Source: Eledone cirrhosa
Lineage: Eukaryota
Length of the DNA: 64,000 nt
Direction: 5' to 3'
Assembly: GCA_964016885.1 (NCBI GenBank)
Contig: OZ024742.1
Location: 291,028,001-291,092,000, forward strand
The number at the start of each line of letters is the position of its first letter. Positions within the stretch are counted from its first letter, which is position 1. Of this stretch, positions 13,401 through 26,500 are shown piece after piece. Below the pieces are notes generated by a model, which was given only the letters and a program-made list of their open reading frames with translations, searched no databases and had not been told where the DNA came from. The position numbers and the translations under genes were made by a program.

Positions 13401-16358
13401 AAGACATTTACATTACTCTATATTTATTATAATATTTTTATGGTAAAGGCTTTACCTCACATGAATATCTCAAATAATATCAAATCTATGGCATTTTAAT
13501 ATTATTTATTTTGAGAACAATACCTTAAGTGTGAGCTGCCGGTTACAGCTGGTTTTAACAGAAAGTGGTGAGAGAATTATGGCCAGATACAGCTGGCTTA
13601 AAGACTAAAGGGATAAATATTAAAATAACTTCAAAAACCAGTAATGACATTTTTCCTTCTCTACAGATAACCCTGTGTATTCTGCACTATTACAACATTT
13701 ACTGGAGTGGAAGGAAAAATTTGGACCATCTTATCCCCATCTTTTAATTGCCCAGTTTAACTGTTTTGATTGGACAGAGGTCTGTGAGAAACATCACATA
13801 CTTCACACACCTACACTGCAGTTATTTGGCTACAAACAGGGTATATCTACCTCAAACACTGCCATCAATTACACAGGAGCTCTTGATGCAATGGATGTCA
13901 TGGCTTTCTTATATTTGTGAGTTTTCTTTTCATCTCTTTTCTCACACACACACACATGCACACACAGTTGCACATACACACACAGACACAGGCACACATG
14001 CACACACACACATCCATACAAATACAGACATACATGCACATACGCACATACACATACACATACACTCAGGCACATTCACACATACAGTCACACATATATA
14101 CACACATGCACACACACACATACACACACACATGCACACACATGCACACACGTACACACACACATACCCCCCCCCCCACACACACAAGGGAATGACCCAC
14201 TATGGTTATGACTGGTCAAGGGTTATCAGCCATGATTAGCTGTCCATATGTTTGTCTCTCTCTGAGGCACAAACCTGGATAGGGTGTTTTGTGGAAGACC
14301 ATCAGTCACCCATGTAGGCCAGATTCCCTACTCCATGCCACTGAGTTGGCACAACCCATCTATACATTGTATATACACAATATATACACTATCATCATCA
14401 TCACTTTATGTCTGCTTTTTATGCTGGCATGGGTTGAATGGGTAGTCAGTCTGAGACCAGATGGGTGGGAGCAACTAATCTTGCTCATAATTTTCTATAT
14501 TTGGCATGATTTCTATGGCTGGATGTCTGTTTATTAATTTTTCAGATTTTTTCCACCCTCTGCTCTTATCCCCCACCCCACTTATTAAATTTTGCTTATT
14601 TATCTACAGCGAGATTTTATTTTAAGTGGTAGCATTCCTGCAACAATTAATTTTCTTTATATATTAAAAAACATTATATATGACAAAAAAAGTACATTAC
14701 TAGAAATCTCGTTATAAAATAGATAGGATGGGTTGGAGTCTCAGTATGTAAACTAAACAACTAATTCTGGTTTTTTAAAAAAACGATGGAGACAACCTAG
14801 AAAAATTACCCCCTTCCCTGCTTATTCCACCCCCTCCTTATTCCAACGTCCCTGCTTATTCCAACTCCCTTTTTATTTGGAACCTGAGAGTATGTTTGGT
14901 ATATATGTCTGATATATATATGTCTGATGAATATGTTTGATGTTTATGTCTGATAAATATGCCTGATGAATATGTTTGATATAGATATCTGATCAATATG
15001 TTTAATGTGTATGTTTTATCAATATGTTTGACATATATGTTTGATGAATATGTTTGAGGTAAATGCTCGATCAATATGTTTGATATGTATATTTCAGACA
15101 TCACTTCCATGAGACTGTCCATCTAAAACTTGAAGACATTCCCCAATTGACCAGTGGTCAGTTTGAAGGTATTGCTAACATCACATCCCACTGCATTCTG
15201 GGATTGTTTCATGAAGATTCCCAAGGTAGGTGTTGCTGGTGGTGTTGGTGTTGTTGCTGATGTTGTTGGTATTGTTTTTGTTGTTCTTGTTAATGGTGGT
15301 GCTGTTGTTGATGTTACACTTGGTGTCATTGTATTATGACACCAGCACTACCATTTTATACACTGTACGGTATGGTATGGTCCCGTAATTCCCAATGGAG
15401 TCATAGGGGTGCTGTATTTACATACAGCATTTCTAGGGCATTTTAAAACCTGACAGAGCCCATCCATCTCCCGGCCTGAACATGGCAGATTTCTTCCAGG
15501 GAAAGATAGAGAGAGTGAGAGAATGTAAGTGAGAAAGAGATATAGCAGAGGAATCAAATCCAGTATTAGACTGGTACTTTTTATATAGTGTACTGATTAC
15601 ATTTTATTGTGACACCAACATGAGTGAGTTTGTCTTTCATAACAGCAATTTAGTGAAAATTTTTTACCATATTCTGTGTCTCTTTTATTTGTAGAATTGA
15701 AGAATTTTTCAAAAGCTGCCAAGATAAAGAGAGGAACAATATTATTTACATTCTTGACTGGAGATGATGCCAAACAGTTGTATGTAATTTTTGGTTCAAT
15801 AGATTTCTGACTGGAGGTTTGAATTCTTTAGTAGTAGTAGAAGCAGTAGTAGTAGAAGTAGTAGTAGTAGTAACATTTGTACTACTGAATATAAACCTCA
15901 GATCTCTCTTTTCCTCTCCACATCTTCTATGTATGTGTCTATATCTACCTATCTATCTGTTTATAGGTTTTTGTGTTTTTGCATCTCTCTGTTTTCTTGT
16001 TTATTCATGAACTATATATATATATATATATATGGGCGGAGGTGGTGAGAACAGACCTCAGATCATTGAAGCTCACGGTGGAGATGACGAGGGACCGTGA
16101 CGAGTGGAGAGATGCTGTGCTGAATAAGACCCGTCCCACCCTTGCGAGCAGGGAAAAGCGGACGTAAAATGATGATGATGATGATGATGATAGCAAAAGA
16201 ATAAAGAATAACGTGGTCGGCTGCACAATAGGGTTTATTTACAGTATTAACAATTGTTTCATTAGTCTGGTTTGTCTAAAAGTCACTGATCGTTAGAATT
16301 TATGTCACTCAACCTTAATTACAGTCGATACCCGACCAAATCGTCAGAATACTGACTG

Positions 16359-16410
<52 letters not shown>

Positions 16411-19400
16411 GTTTCTACTTTTCGCACAAGGCCAACAATCATCCCAGTGCATTACTGGTACTTTATTTTATCGACTCCGTAGGGATGAAAGGAAAAGTTA
16501 ACCTCAGCGGGATTCGAATTCAGAATGGCAAGGGCCGTAACTCTATGCGTCAAAGCATAGCGTCCGACCCTCTACCAATACTACCAATCCACATATAATA
16601 TATATGTAATATATATATATATATAACAACTTACTGCAGGCTACTGATGAAACTTGTGGCTGGAGCAGAGCCAGACAGAGAGTGACCTGGTGGTGGAACA
16701 GTACAGTAGATAAGGCCATTAGAGACAAAAGACTAGCACGGAAGGCTTGGAAAAAAGGGTGGGAGTAGGGAAGGATATACAGCTGCTAAGAGAGAAACTA
16801 GACGTCAGGTGTACTTAGCACGCAGGGAGGCTGAGAGTAGGAGGTTTGCTAATGTTCTGCGACGGGAAGATCAGAGGCGTGCGGTGTTCCACATTGTAAG
16901 GCAGTGTGTCAATGCAAATCAGGATGTTGTTAGAGATAAATGTGTCCAGAATGATGCCGGTGTACTTAGTGTCACGAATGATCAGAAAAAGGAGGCCTGG
17001 AAATGTCATTATGAGAGACTGATGAATGTGGAGAACGAATGGGAGAGATCTGACAGAGGGACCAGCTATTGAGATTGACGAATATAGGGTCCAAGAGGCG
17101 ATTAAGGAAATGAAAAATGGTAAAGCCGCTGGACTGTCAGGGATAGTTGCTGAGATGCTGACGGCATCAGGAGATGTAGGCAATTAACTTGGTTGCATGC
17201 ATCATCAATCAGGCTATATAGGGTGGTGTCATACCCAAAGACTGGTGCAGAAGTATTCTCATAAATTGCTACAAAGGTAAGGGGGATGCTCTGGAGAGGA
17301 GCAATTATAGGGGTATAAAACTGATGGATCAGGTTATGAAAGTGGCAGAAAGGATATTAGCACAACTAATTAGAGAAAGGGTCAAACTAGATGAGATGCA
17401 GTTTGGTTTTGTGCCTGGAAAAAGTACAACAGATGCCCTCTTCTTGGTGAGACAATTACAAGAGAGGTTCTTAGAGAAGAATAAGCCACTATACTTAGCT
17501 TTTGTTGACCTAGAGAATGCCTTTGATAGGGTACCCTGATCTGTCATCTGGTGGTCCCTAAGGAAACTAGGTGTTGAGGAATGGCTTGTGAGGACAGTGT
17601 AAACTTTGTACAGAGGTGCTGTCAGTAAAGTGAGGGTAGGAATGGAGTTTAGTGAGGAATTCCAGATACAAGTAGGGATACATCAGGGTTCGGTCCTCAG
17701 CCCGCTCTTGTTCATTATAGTCCTCCAAGCCATAACAGAGGAGTTTAAGACTGGCTGTCCATAGGAACTTCTCTATGCTGACGATCTGGTTCTTATAGCA
17801 GAATCAGTAGAGGAGCTAGAGAATAAATTCTGGCTATAGAAACAGTAGTTGGAATCAAGAGGACTGAGAGTGAACCTAGCTAAGACAAAAGGGTTGATGA
17901 GTAGAAAAGAGGACAAAACTCTGATTCCATCAGGGAAATGGCCATGTTCGATATGCAGAAAAGGAACTGGCATAAATTCTCTAAAATGCACACAATGCAG
18001 ATCTTGGGTACACAAGAGATGTAGTGGGATAGCAGGCAAACTAACAGGTAGGGAGAAATACGTATGCAGTAGATGTACAGGGAAATTAGACAGTAGAAGT
18101 TGCATTGATAGACACATTTTTCAAATGTAGGTGGGTGCTATAGAAGTGGTTGATAGCTTCCGGTACCTAGGAGATCAGATTAGCATGGGCGGGGGTTTTC
18201 CAAGGCCATAGTATCTATGGATGTGTTGAGAGAGAAACTGTGTCTGAGAGGGATAGAGTGTAATGTGCGAGAGAGGAGACTACGATGGTATGAACATGTG
18301 ATGCGCATGGAGGATGACCGATGGGTGAAGAAGTGCCAGGAAATGCCAGTTGAAGGAAGACGTGGTAGAGGTAGACCACGAAAAACATGGGCGGAGGTGG
18401 TGAGAGCAGACCTCAGATCGCTGAAGCTCACAATGGAGATGACAAAGGACCTTGACAAGTGGAAAGATGCTGTGCTGAATAGGACCCGTCCAACCCTTGC
18501 AAGCAGGAAAAAGCGGACGTAAAATGATGATGATGATGATGATGATTATATATATGTATAATAAATATATATAATATATATATAATAAATATATATAATA
18601 TATATATATAATATAACGATAAATTAACGGAGGCATAGGCCGTCGTTATTCCCTGTAAATAATGTGCTCAAAGGAGAAGAGATCCTGAGCCCTTTAAAAT
18701 ATAATATGTTGAGAAGGTAACACACCAGAGAGAGATATATAGTGCGTTATCAATAATACAGGGAAAAAACCACCAGTGTATGGAATCTATAACCTATGAA
18801 AGGCAGACTATAGACACGATAATTAAAAATATAAATTAAAGCGTAAATAAATACCTTTATAACTATATAACACACGTACAAATCCAAAGATATGTTTCAC
18901 CAAAAAATTTGTTGAAAGAAATGGTCTAGTCTCGGTTCATCAGCGTGTGTAAGGCCATACATTTCAGACAACACTAAGAGAATTTTACAATTGACTGTCC
19001 AGCTACACGTGGGAGAGAGAAGTCACAGCGTGTTTAAGGGTATAATATATATATATAATATATATATAATGTATATATATATGTATATATATATAATATA
19101 TATATGAAGGCGCATGGCTTAGTGGTTCGAGCATTGGGCTTGCAATCGAAAGGTTGTGAGTTCAATTCTCGGACCAGGTGATGTGTTGTTTCCTTGAGCA
19201 AGACACTTTATTTCACATTGTTCCAGTTTACTCAGCTGTAGAAATGAGATGATAGGACTGGGGTCCCTATCATTCCACTGCAAAGTGGTCGTGGGGGTGC
19301 CACGGAAAAAAAGCACCCAGCCCACACTGTAAAGTGGATGTGTAGGTGCCATGGAAAAAAAAAGCTTCCAGCACTCACTGTAAATGAGGTTGGTGTTAGG

Positions 19401-19534
19401 AAGGGCATCCAGCTGTAGAAATCAAGCCAGAATCAGTTCCCGTATGAGCAAGACAAGGTCAGCCAACTGGACACTGCCCACAACAGGACAACATGTCTAA
19501 CCCATGCAAGCGTGGAAGAACGGACGTAAAACGA

Positions 19535-19590
<56 letters not shown>

Positions 19591-21687
19591 CTACAAGTTG
19601 ACAACTACAATCTTCCCATATACGGAATTACCCCTTGAAAAGTTAGGCTATTTATTTACCACGCTAGAAATTCTAATTTAGTCCAGAAATAGCCGTCGAA
19701 ACGGCTTGAGCTCTGCTATTGGAGTTAAACATTTTCCTATATATATAATATATAATATAACATATATAATATATATATAACATATATATAACATATATAT
19801 ATAATATATATAATATATATATATAATATAAATCATCATCATCATGGTCTAGCATGGAAGAATGGACGTAAGACGGTGATGATGATGATGATGATATAAT
19901 ATATATAATATATATATAATATATATATAATATATATATAATATATATATAATATATAAATATAATTGTTTCTACTTTTGGCACAAGGCCAGCAATTATT
20001 CCAGTGCATTACTGGTACTTGATTTTATCGACCCCGTAAGGATGAAAAGCAAAGTTAACCTCGGCGGGATTTGAACTCAGACCATAAAGCGCCGTAACTC
20101 TTTGCTGCAAAGCATGGCGTCCAACCCTGTACCGATACTGCCAATCCAATAATATATATATATAATATATATATATAACATATATATATATAATATGTAT
20201 ATAATATATATATTCGGTATAGAAGGATGCAATTCACCTCTAACACTCAACGTCATATTACTTCCTAAAACAAGGATGGCGGAATATATTAATAAAGAGG
20301 AAAATGCGAAGCTGAAGATGTTAGGGTCCTTTATTAATTGAGCCGTTATACATATTTCAATGACAAGCCATCTCGTGATTTCTTCAGTGATTGCTTTCAG
20401 TGATTGCTTAGTCACAGGGTGTGGGTGCTGACCACTTGACTACAACCAAGAATACCACCAATCTTATGTCTTCTCTCTATTTACCAGTGCCCCACCACCT
20501 TGGCCGACAGCCCTATATGGTCAGTTGGAGTTCCGACCAGCTGAAATTTATTTACTGCTAGCTTTGGTGGCCTGCAAAATTTAGTGTGTTCATACCTGCT
20601 GCTCGTTTATAGCGGGATGATATACATACCATCAACCCCTAATCGAGAAATGGTTAATATAACTTGTAGAAAACATTAAAGGTTTCACAACCTGCAAACC
20701 CAGAATAAATTCTAGAATTCAGACTTTAAAAGTTAGAAGTCCGGAAAGCTACACAACAGTCATTATGCTAAGAAAAAAATCTAATTGGCAAAGTGTATAT
20801 CGGTAGTAGGGATTGGGTTCAGAGGTGGATATTAACTTGTTCTGACTCCCCACTGGCAAACACTGGCCTCTTGTCGAGAATGACAGGCAATATTTAAAGT
20901 ATCTAATGTAACGCATGTAACAATTAAATAATCGAGTAGTTGGTATCCGGTCAATCCGGTGGAGACAAATAATAAAAAAGAAATAATAATGAAAATATTG
21001 TGTATAGTGCTCAGGTGCACTACAACTCATCAAAAGTGTATGTATAGTACATAGGGTAATGTACAAACGTCAGGAAAATGAACAGTGCATGAGTCGATTT
21101 AAGGAAAAAATGTAAAAAAAGGTACAAATGAGTAAGGATGAATGGGAAAAATGGTATCATAAAGAGAATAAAGGAAAAAAAAAAGAGAATAAAAGAAAAA
21201 AAATATATGCATATATATATATATAAAAGTAAAAAAAGTAAAAAAGAATTAAAAGTAAAAAAAAGTAAAAGAGAATTATAGAGAGAATGAATGAGAGGAA
21301 ATGCAGGAAAAATCAGTGATAAATATCTGAGTGGGGGCGAGTTATAGAGTCATATATATATATAAATGTCAAAAAGAATTGTAGAGAGTGCATGAGAAAT
21401 CTGAGATAAATGTCTGAGTCGAGGCGAGTTATAGAGAGTCAGTTATATTCAGTGCTTCGGGTGTTTTGGTCTGTGCAATTGCAGCCAGGTGCACCTCACA
21501 GGCTGTCCATATATATATATACAGAATATAAACAGAATTGGAGACGAACTCATATACCGAACATATCTGATGAACTTTTGATTACAGAGTCAGGTTCGAT
21601 CTATAATAGATCTTGCCTCGAGCTGATCGATAGAGAAACATGTATTAAATATGGTATGATGCAACACTGAATCCTTGTTCCTTATCT

Positions 21688-21724
<37 letters not shown>

Positions 21725-23476
21725 AGGGAGTGTAACGCGAAGTTACTGTAGGTTCACCCAGGTAAGCACTTGATGTTGAGGTTCACATCAATATCATGGT
21801 ATAGAGGTAGACAGAGTGTAATATAATAATACAAGGCCGATTGGTTAAGCCTTCATTACATTTATTGGTTGGTGACGCGGGTTTTGCTATTGATCAGCTC
21901 AAGGTTTGATCTGGTTTTTGATTCTAGAGTCGGGCCAGATCGATACAGATTGAACCTCGAGCTGATTAATAGCGAAACGCATGTCACCAACCAATAAATG
22001 TAATGAAGGCTTAACCAATTGTCCTTGTATTATTATTATCATTATTTTATATATATACCCACTATACTACCGTAAGTATTGAGTACTCTGGTGTGTTATG
22101 GTCCACCTGATATCTTACCACCCCTCTTTATTTGCAAATCATAGGCAGTGTATTTCATTAGAAATATGCTTACAATAGGTTAACTGTATATATTTATTGT
22201 AATACTAACATAATATTAATATTATAACATTAACAATTTTTGTGTTATGACATTATTATAATTTATGTATTGTAACATTAACATAATTTATGTATTCTGA
22301 CATTAACGTGATATTTAACCCAATATATGACTTGTCACATTAGCATAATTTATGAATTGTCATATTAACATAACGTATGTTTTCTGTAACTTAATGTACA
22401 TTATATCAATTTGTATTCTTTCTTAACTTCTATCAGTGCTAACAAAAATGGAGTGAAAATTCCTTCAGTGATGGCCATAAAATGGAGTGACCCCCTGCAA
22501 CCTGTCAGTTATCTCACTACACCAATAACCCCAGAATCAGTCACACAGTTTGCTGATGATTCTAAAGTTGAAACATTTGTAAGTAATATTTGTTAAATCT
22601 TTGGGTGCCAAAAGTGTACCTTATGTCTTTTACCTCACATCCCCTGTGTAATTTACATATTCCTTATTTACATATAGACATGTAATTTACATATAGGAGT
22701 GTAACTTACATATAGGAGTGTAATTTACATACAGGCATGTAATTTGCATATAGGCATGTAATTTACATATAGACATGTCATTTACATATAGACATGTCAT
22801 TGACATATAGACGTGTAATTTACATATAGGCGTGTAATTTACATATAAACATGTAATTTACATATAGGTGTGTAATTTACATATAGACATGTAATTTACA
22901 AATCGACATAATTTACATATAGACATGTAATTTACATATAGGTATGTAGTTCCCATGTTTACCATATGTACATATGAACAAGAATAGCTACACATTGTGT
23001 TTGTTTTAGCTAATAAGATCTATTAATATATTTTGAAACCAAATCTAAAAAAATCTCTATATCTTCTCTGCCTCTGATGGACATTGTGAAGGTGTGTGGC
23101 CTAGTGGTTAGGGTGCTGGACTCATGATCATAAGGTCATGGGTTAAATTCCTGAACCAAGTATGAGGCTTAGTGTTTAGAGTATTCAACTATAATCATAG
23201 GGTCATAGGTTTGATTCCTGGACTGGGTTTCTGTTGTATCCTTGGTCAAGACACCTCATTTCACATTACTCTAGTCCACTGTGCTGTAAAAAAAAAAAAG
23301 AATACCAGGTACAGCTGGGAGTTAATTCCTGTAAAAGACTGGCATTCTGTTCAGAAAAGAGTATTTTCCTGATAGGGCTGGGACCCCTATCATTATAACA
23401 CCCGTGAAATCTCCTATGAGATGCAACCTTGAAGAAAGCCAGCTAAACCTTGATACGTGTAAGTTGTAACAACAAC

Positions 23477-23551
<75 letters not shown>

Positions 23552-26500
23552 AAGTATTTCCGAAGAAAAAGCAAAGGAATATATATGTATATCATCATCA
23601 TCATCATCATATTACGTCCGCTTTTCCCTGCTTGCAAGAATGGGACGGGAACTGATTCTGGCTTGATTTCTACAGCTGGATGCCCTTCCTAACACCAACC
23701 TCATTTACAGTGAGTGCTGGGTGCTTTTTTGCTGTGGCACCTCCACGACCACTTTGCAGTGGAATGATAGGGACACCAGTCCCTATCATCTCATTTCTAC
23801 AGCTGAGTAGACTGGAGCAATGTGAAATAAAGTGTCTTGCTCAAGGAAACAACACATCACCCGGTCTGAGAATTGAACTCACAACCTTTCGATTGCAAGC
23901 CCAATGCTCTAACCACTAAGCCATGTGCCTCCACACACACACACACACACACACACACTAGAACTGGAGCCCATATCATTAAAACGCCTGACAAACCTCC
24001 TCTGTGATGCAACCTCATAGGAGGCCAGCTAAATCTACAGAATTGTGAGCTGTAACAGCAACACACACACAAATATATATGTATGTATATGTACATGTTA
24101 GAACTGGGACCCCTATCATTAAATTACCTGACAAACCTCCTATGAGATGCAACCTTGTAGAAGGTCGGCTAAGCCTACATAGGTGTGAGCTGTAAGAACA
24201 ACAAAACTGATATTATTTTAACCTTCTGTAGATCATTTTATGTTTGGTATGTTTTCTTACTTTCAATAGGGTGAACTCACACCAGAGATTTTACCTTACA
24301 TTTACCGTATGGGAAAACCGCTAATTATATTCTTCTGGAAACCCTCAGAAATTTGTGAACAAGCTTTTGCCGAAGTGAAGAAAGTGTCTCAATCAATTAT
24401 ATCACAAGATGTAGTGTTTACCTGGCTAAACCTGTAAGTGTCTCTTTCTTCATATTTTCTCTCTTTCATCCATTTGGAGTTGATAAATAAAATACTAGTC
24501 CAGGGGCGGTGGATTAGTGTAATTGTTAGAACAATGGATAAGATGCTTTATGGTATCTGTTCCAGCATTTCTCAGCTTAAATTTCACCTAGGGATGGATT
24601 TAAAAGCCACTAATCATCTTGTCTCTTCCCATCGTCAGTAAAGTGGTTGATATTAGGTCGATATTAGGTAGGGCCTCTAGCCATAGAAACCAAAATAATT
24701 ATGGAATGTATAAGCAAGATGTGGCCATCTAACCATTCTGGAATATTTCCCCCATTTTCAGAAACCTTTTATCTCAGTCTTGCATTAAACTACACGTTGT
24801 TTTCTCTCCTACCAACTGGAAGGTGAGGTCGATAAATAAAGTACCAGTCTAGTACTGGGGTCGATTTTTCCTCTATCTTTCTTTATCACTCTCTATTGCT
24901 CTTTTTCCTTCTCTGAAAGAAATTGGCTATGTTCAAATCTGGAGAGAGATAGGCTCCACCAAGTTTATAATGCTCAAAATACACAATGTCACTGATGTCC
25001 CTATGATTCAATTAGGAGTTAAGGGCCCTCTCATTTCCCTTTCCACTTGACAGCTGATGATCATCATCATCATAATCTTTTAACGTCCATTTTCCAAGCT
25101 AGCATGGGTAGGATGGGCTGCCCCGTTGTGGGAGATCCAGATTGAAGGATCTTGCTTTGCTCATACAGAACTGATTTTGGCTTGATTTCTATGGCTGGAT
25201 GCCCTTCCTAATGCCAGCCACATTTACAGTGTGGGTGAGCACTTTTTGTCATGTCACCAACACAACCACATAACAGTGTGGACTGAATTTTCTTTTTGTA
25301 ACAATTTCGATTTTATTGTTGCTGTGGGATTATCCCTTAACATACTGTAATGATTTAGCAGAAAATGCCTATAAATGGATTTGTTAATTCGAATGTTTAT
25401 AGTATCTTTACATGTCACCAGTTTGTTCAGTGTAATGCAGACTTAGGGCTGTTTTGTACTTTTCAAGAATGTCTTACTAATAAGGTTTCATATTGTGCAG
25501 GATGTAAATTTTACTCTTAACATCCAGTAATGATTAAGCAGAAAATATCTATAAAATGGATTTGTTAATTCTAATGTTTATAGTATTTTTATTAGTAGAC
25601 AGATTGTTATGAAAATTTGCAATATGAGAGTAAAGACTTTAACTTCTAATTTTCATATGATGCAGTCATAGTGCTGTTTTATAATTTTCAATAATATCTT
25701 ACTAATGTGGTTTCATGATGTTAAGAGTTAATCTTCATGCTTTCATTTTACAGAGCATCGAAGATGTCCGACCATTTCCAGATTCAGTTATTTGAAACAT
25801 ATTTTGAAGCTCCTGTTGTTCCTGCTTTATCTATGGTTTACTTTATGGAGGTAAACATTATTCCTCCTCCTCCCTTTAGTATTTACATTACTCTATATTT
25901 ACTATTGTATTTTTGTGGTAAAGGTTTTATCTCACATAATATCGAATCTATGAGATTTGTATATTATTTATTTTGAGAACAATAACTTAACATTGGTATG
26001 AGTGGCCAGTTACGGCCGGTTTAAACAGAAAGAGGTGAGAGAATTCTAGCTGGATACGGCTGGTTTAAAGGCTAAAGTGTTAAAGGAAAATGGAAAAACA
26101 GAAAAAAGACCAATCAAGAGACATTTGACAAGAAGTATAAAATATAGAAGAATGGATTCTATATAGTAATGCAACAGTTAAAACAGAGAGAGGATTTTGT
26201 TGAAAATCCAGAAAGATAAGTGAACAGAAAAAGCAGTTTGGGGTGAACAACGAGGCAAATGGTCTCTTCTGTTGTGTCAAATACATAATAACCTCCCTAG
26301 TGCTGGTGACATGATAGAATGTACAGTGTACTCTCTAGAGCAGTGGTTGCCAACCTTTCGGAGCTTGTGGACCACTAAATTCATAATTTTAAATCCCGTG
26401 GACCACTAATATTTTAAAAAATAGATAAATACATTTGTAAAATAATTATTTCTACTTTTGGCACAAGGCCAGCAATTACCCAGTACATTACTGGTACTTT

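Noticed and set aside
15123-15339. Thr/Pro-rich and Val/Gly-rich ORFs
   Set aside because: Intronic (GTT/GGT)n low-complexity tract overlapping a real exon in another frame.
19107-19180. tRNA-like sequences at SINE heads
   Set aside because: A/B boxes continue into SINE bodies in many copies, so these are not standalone tRNA genes.
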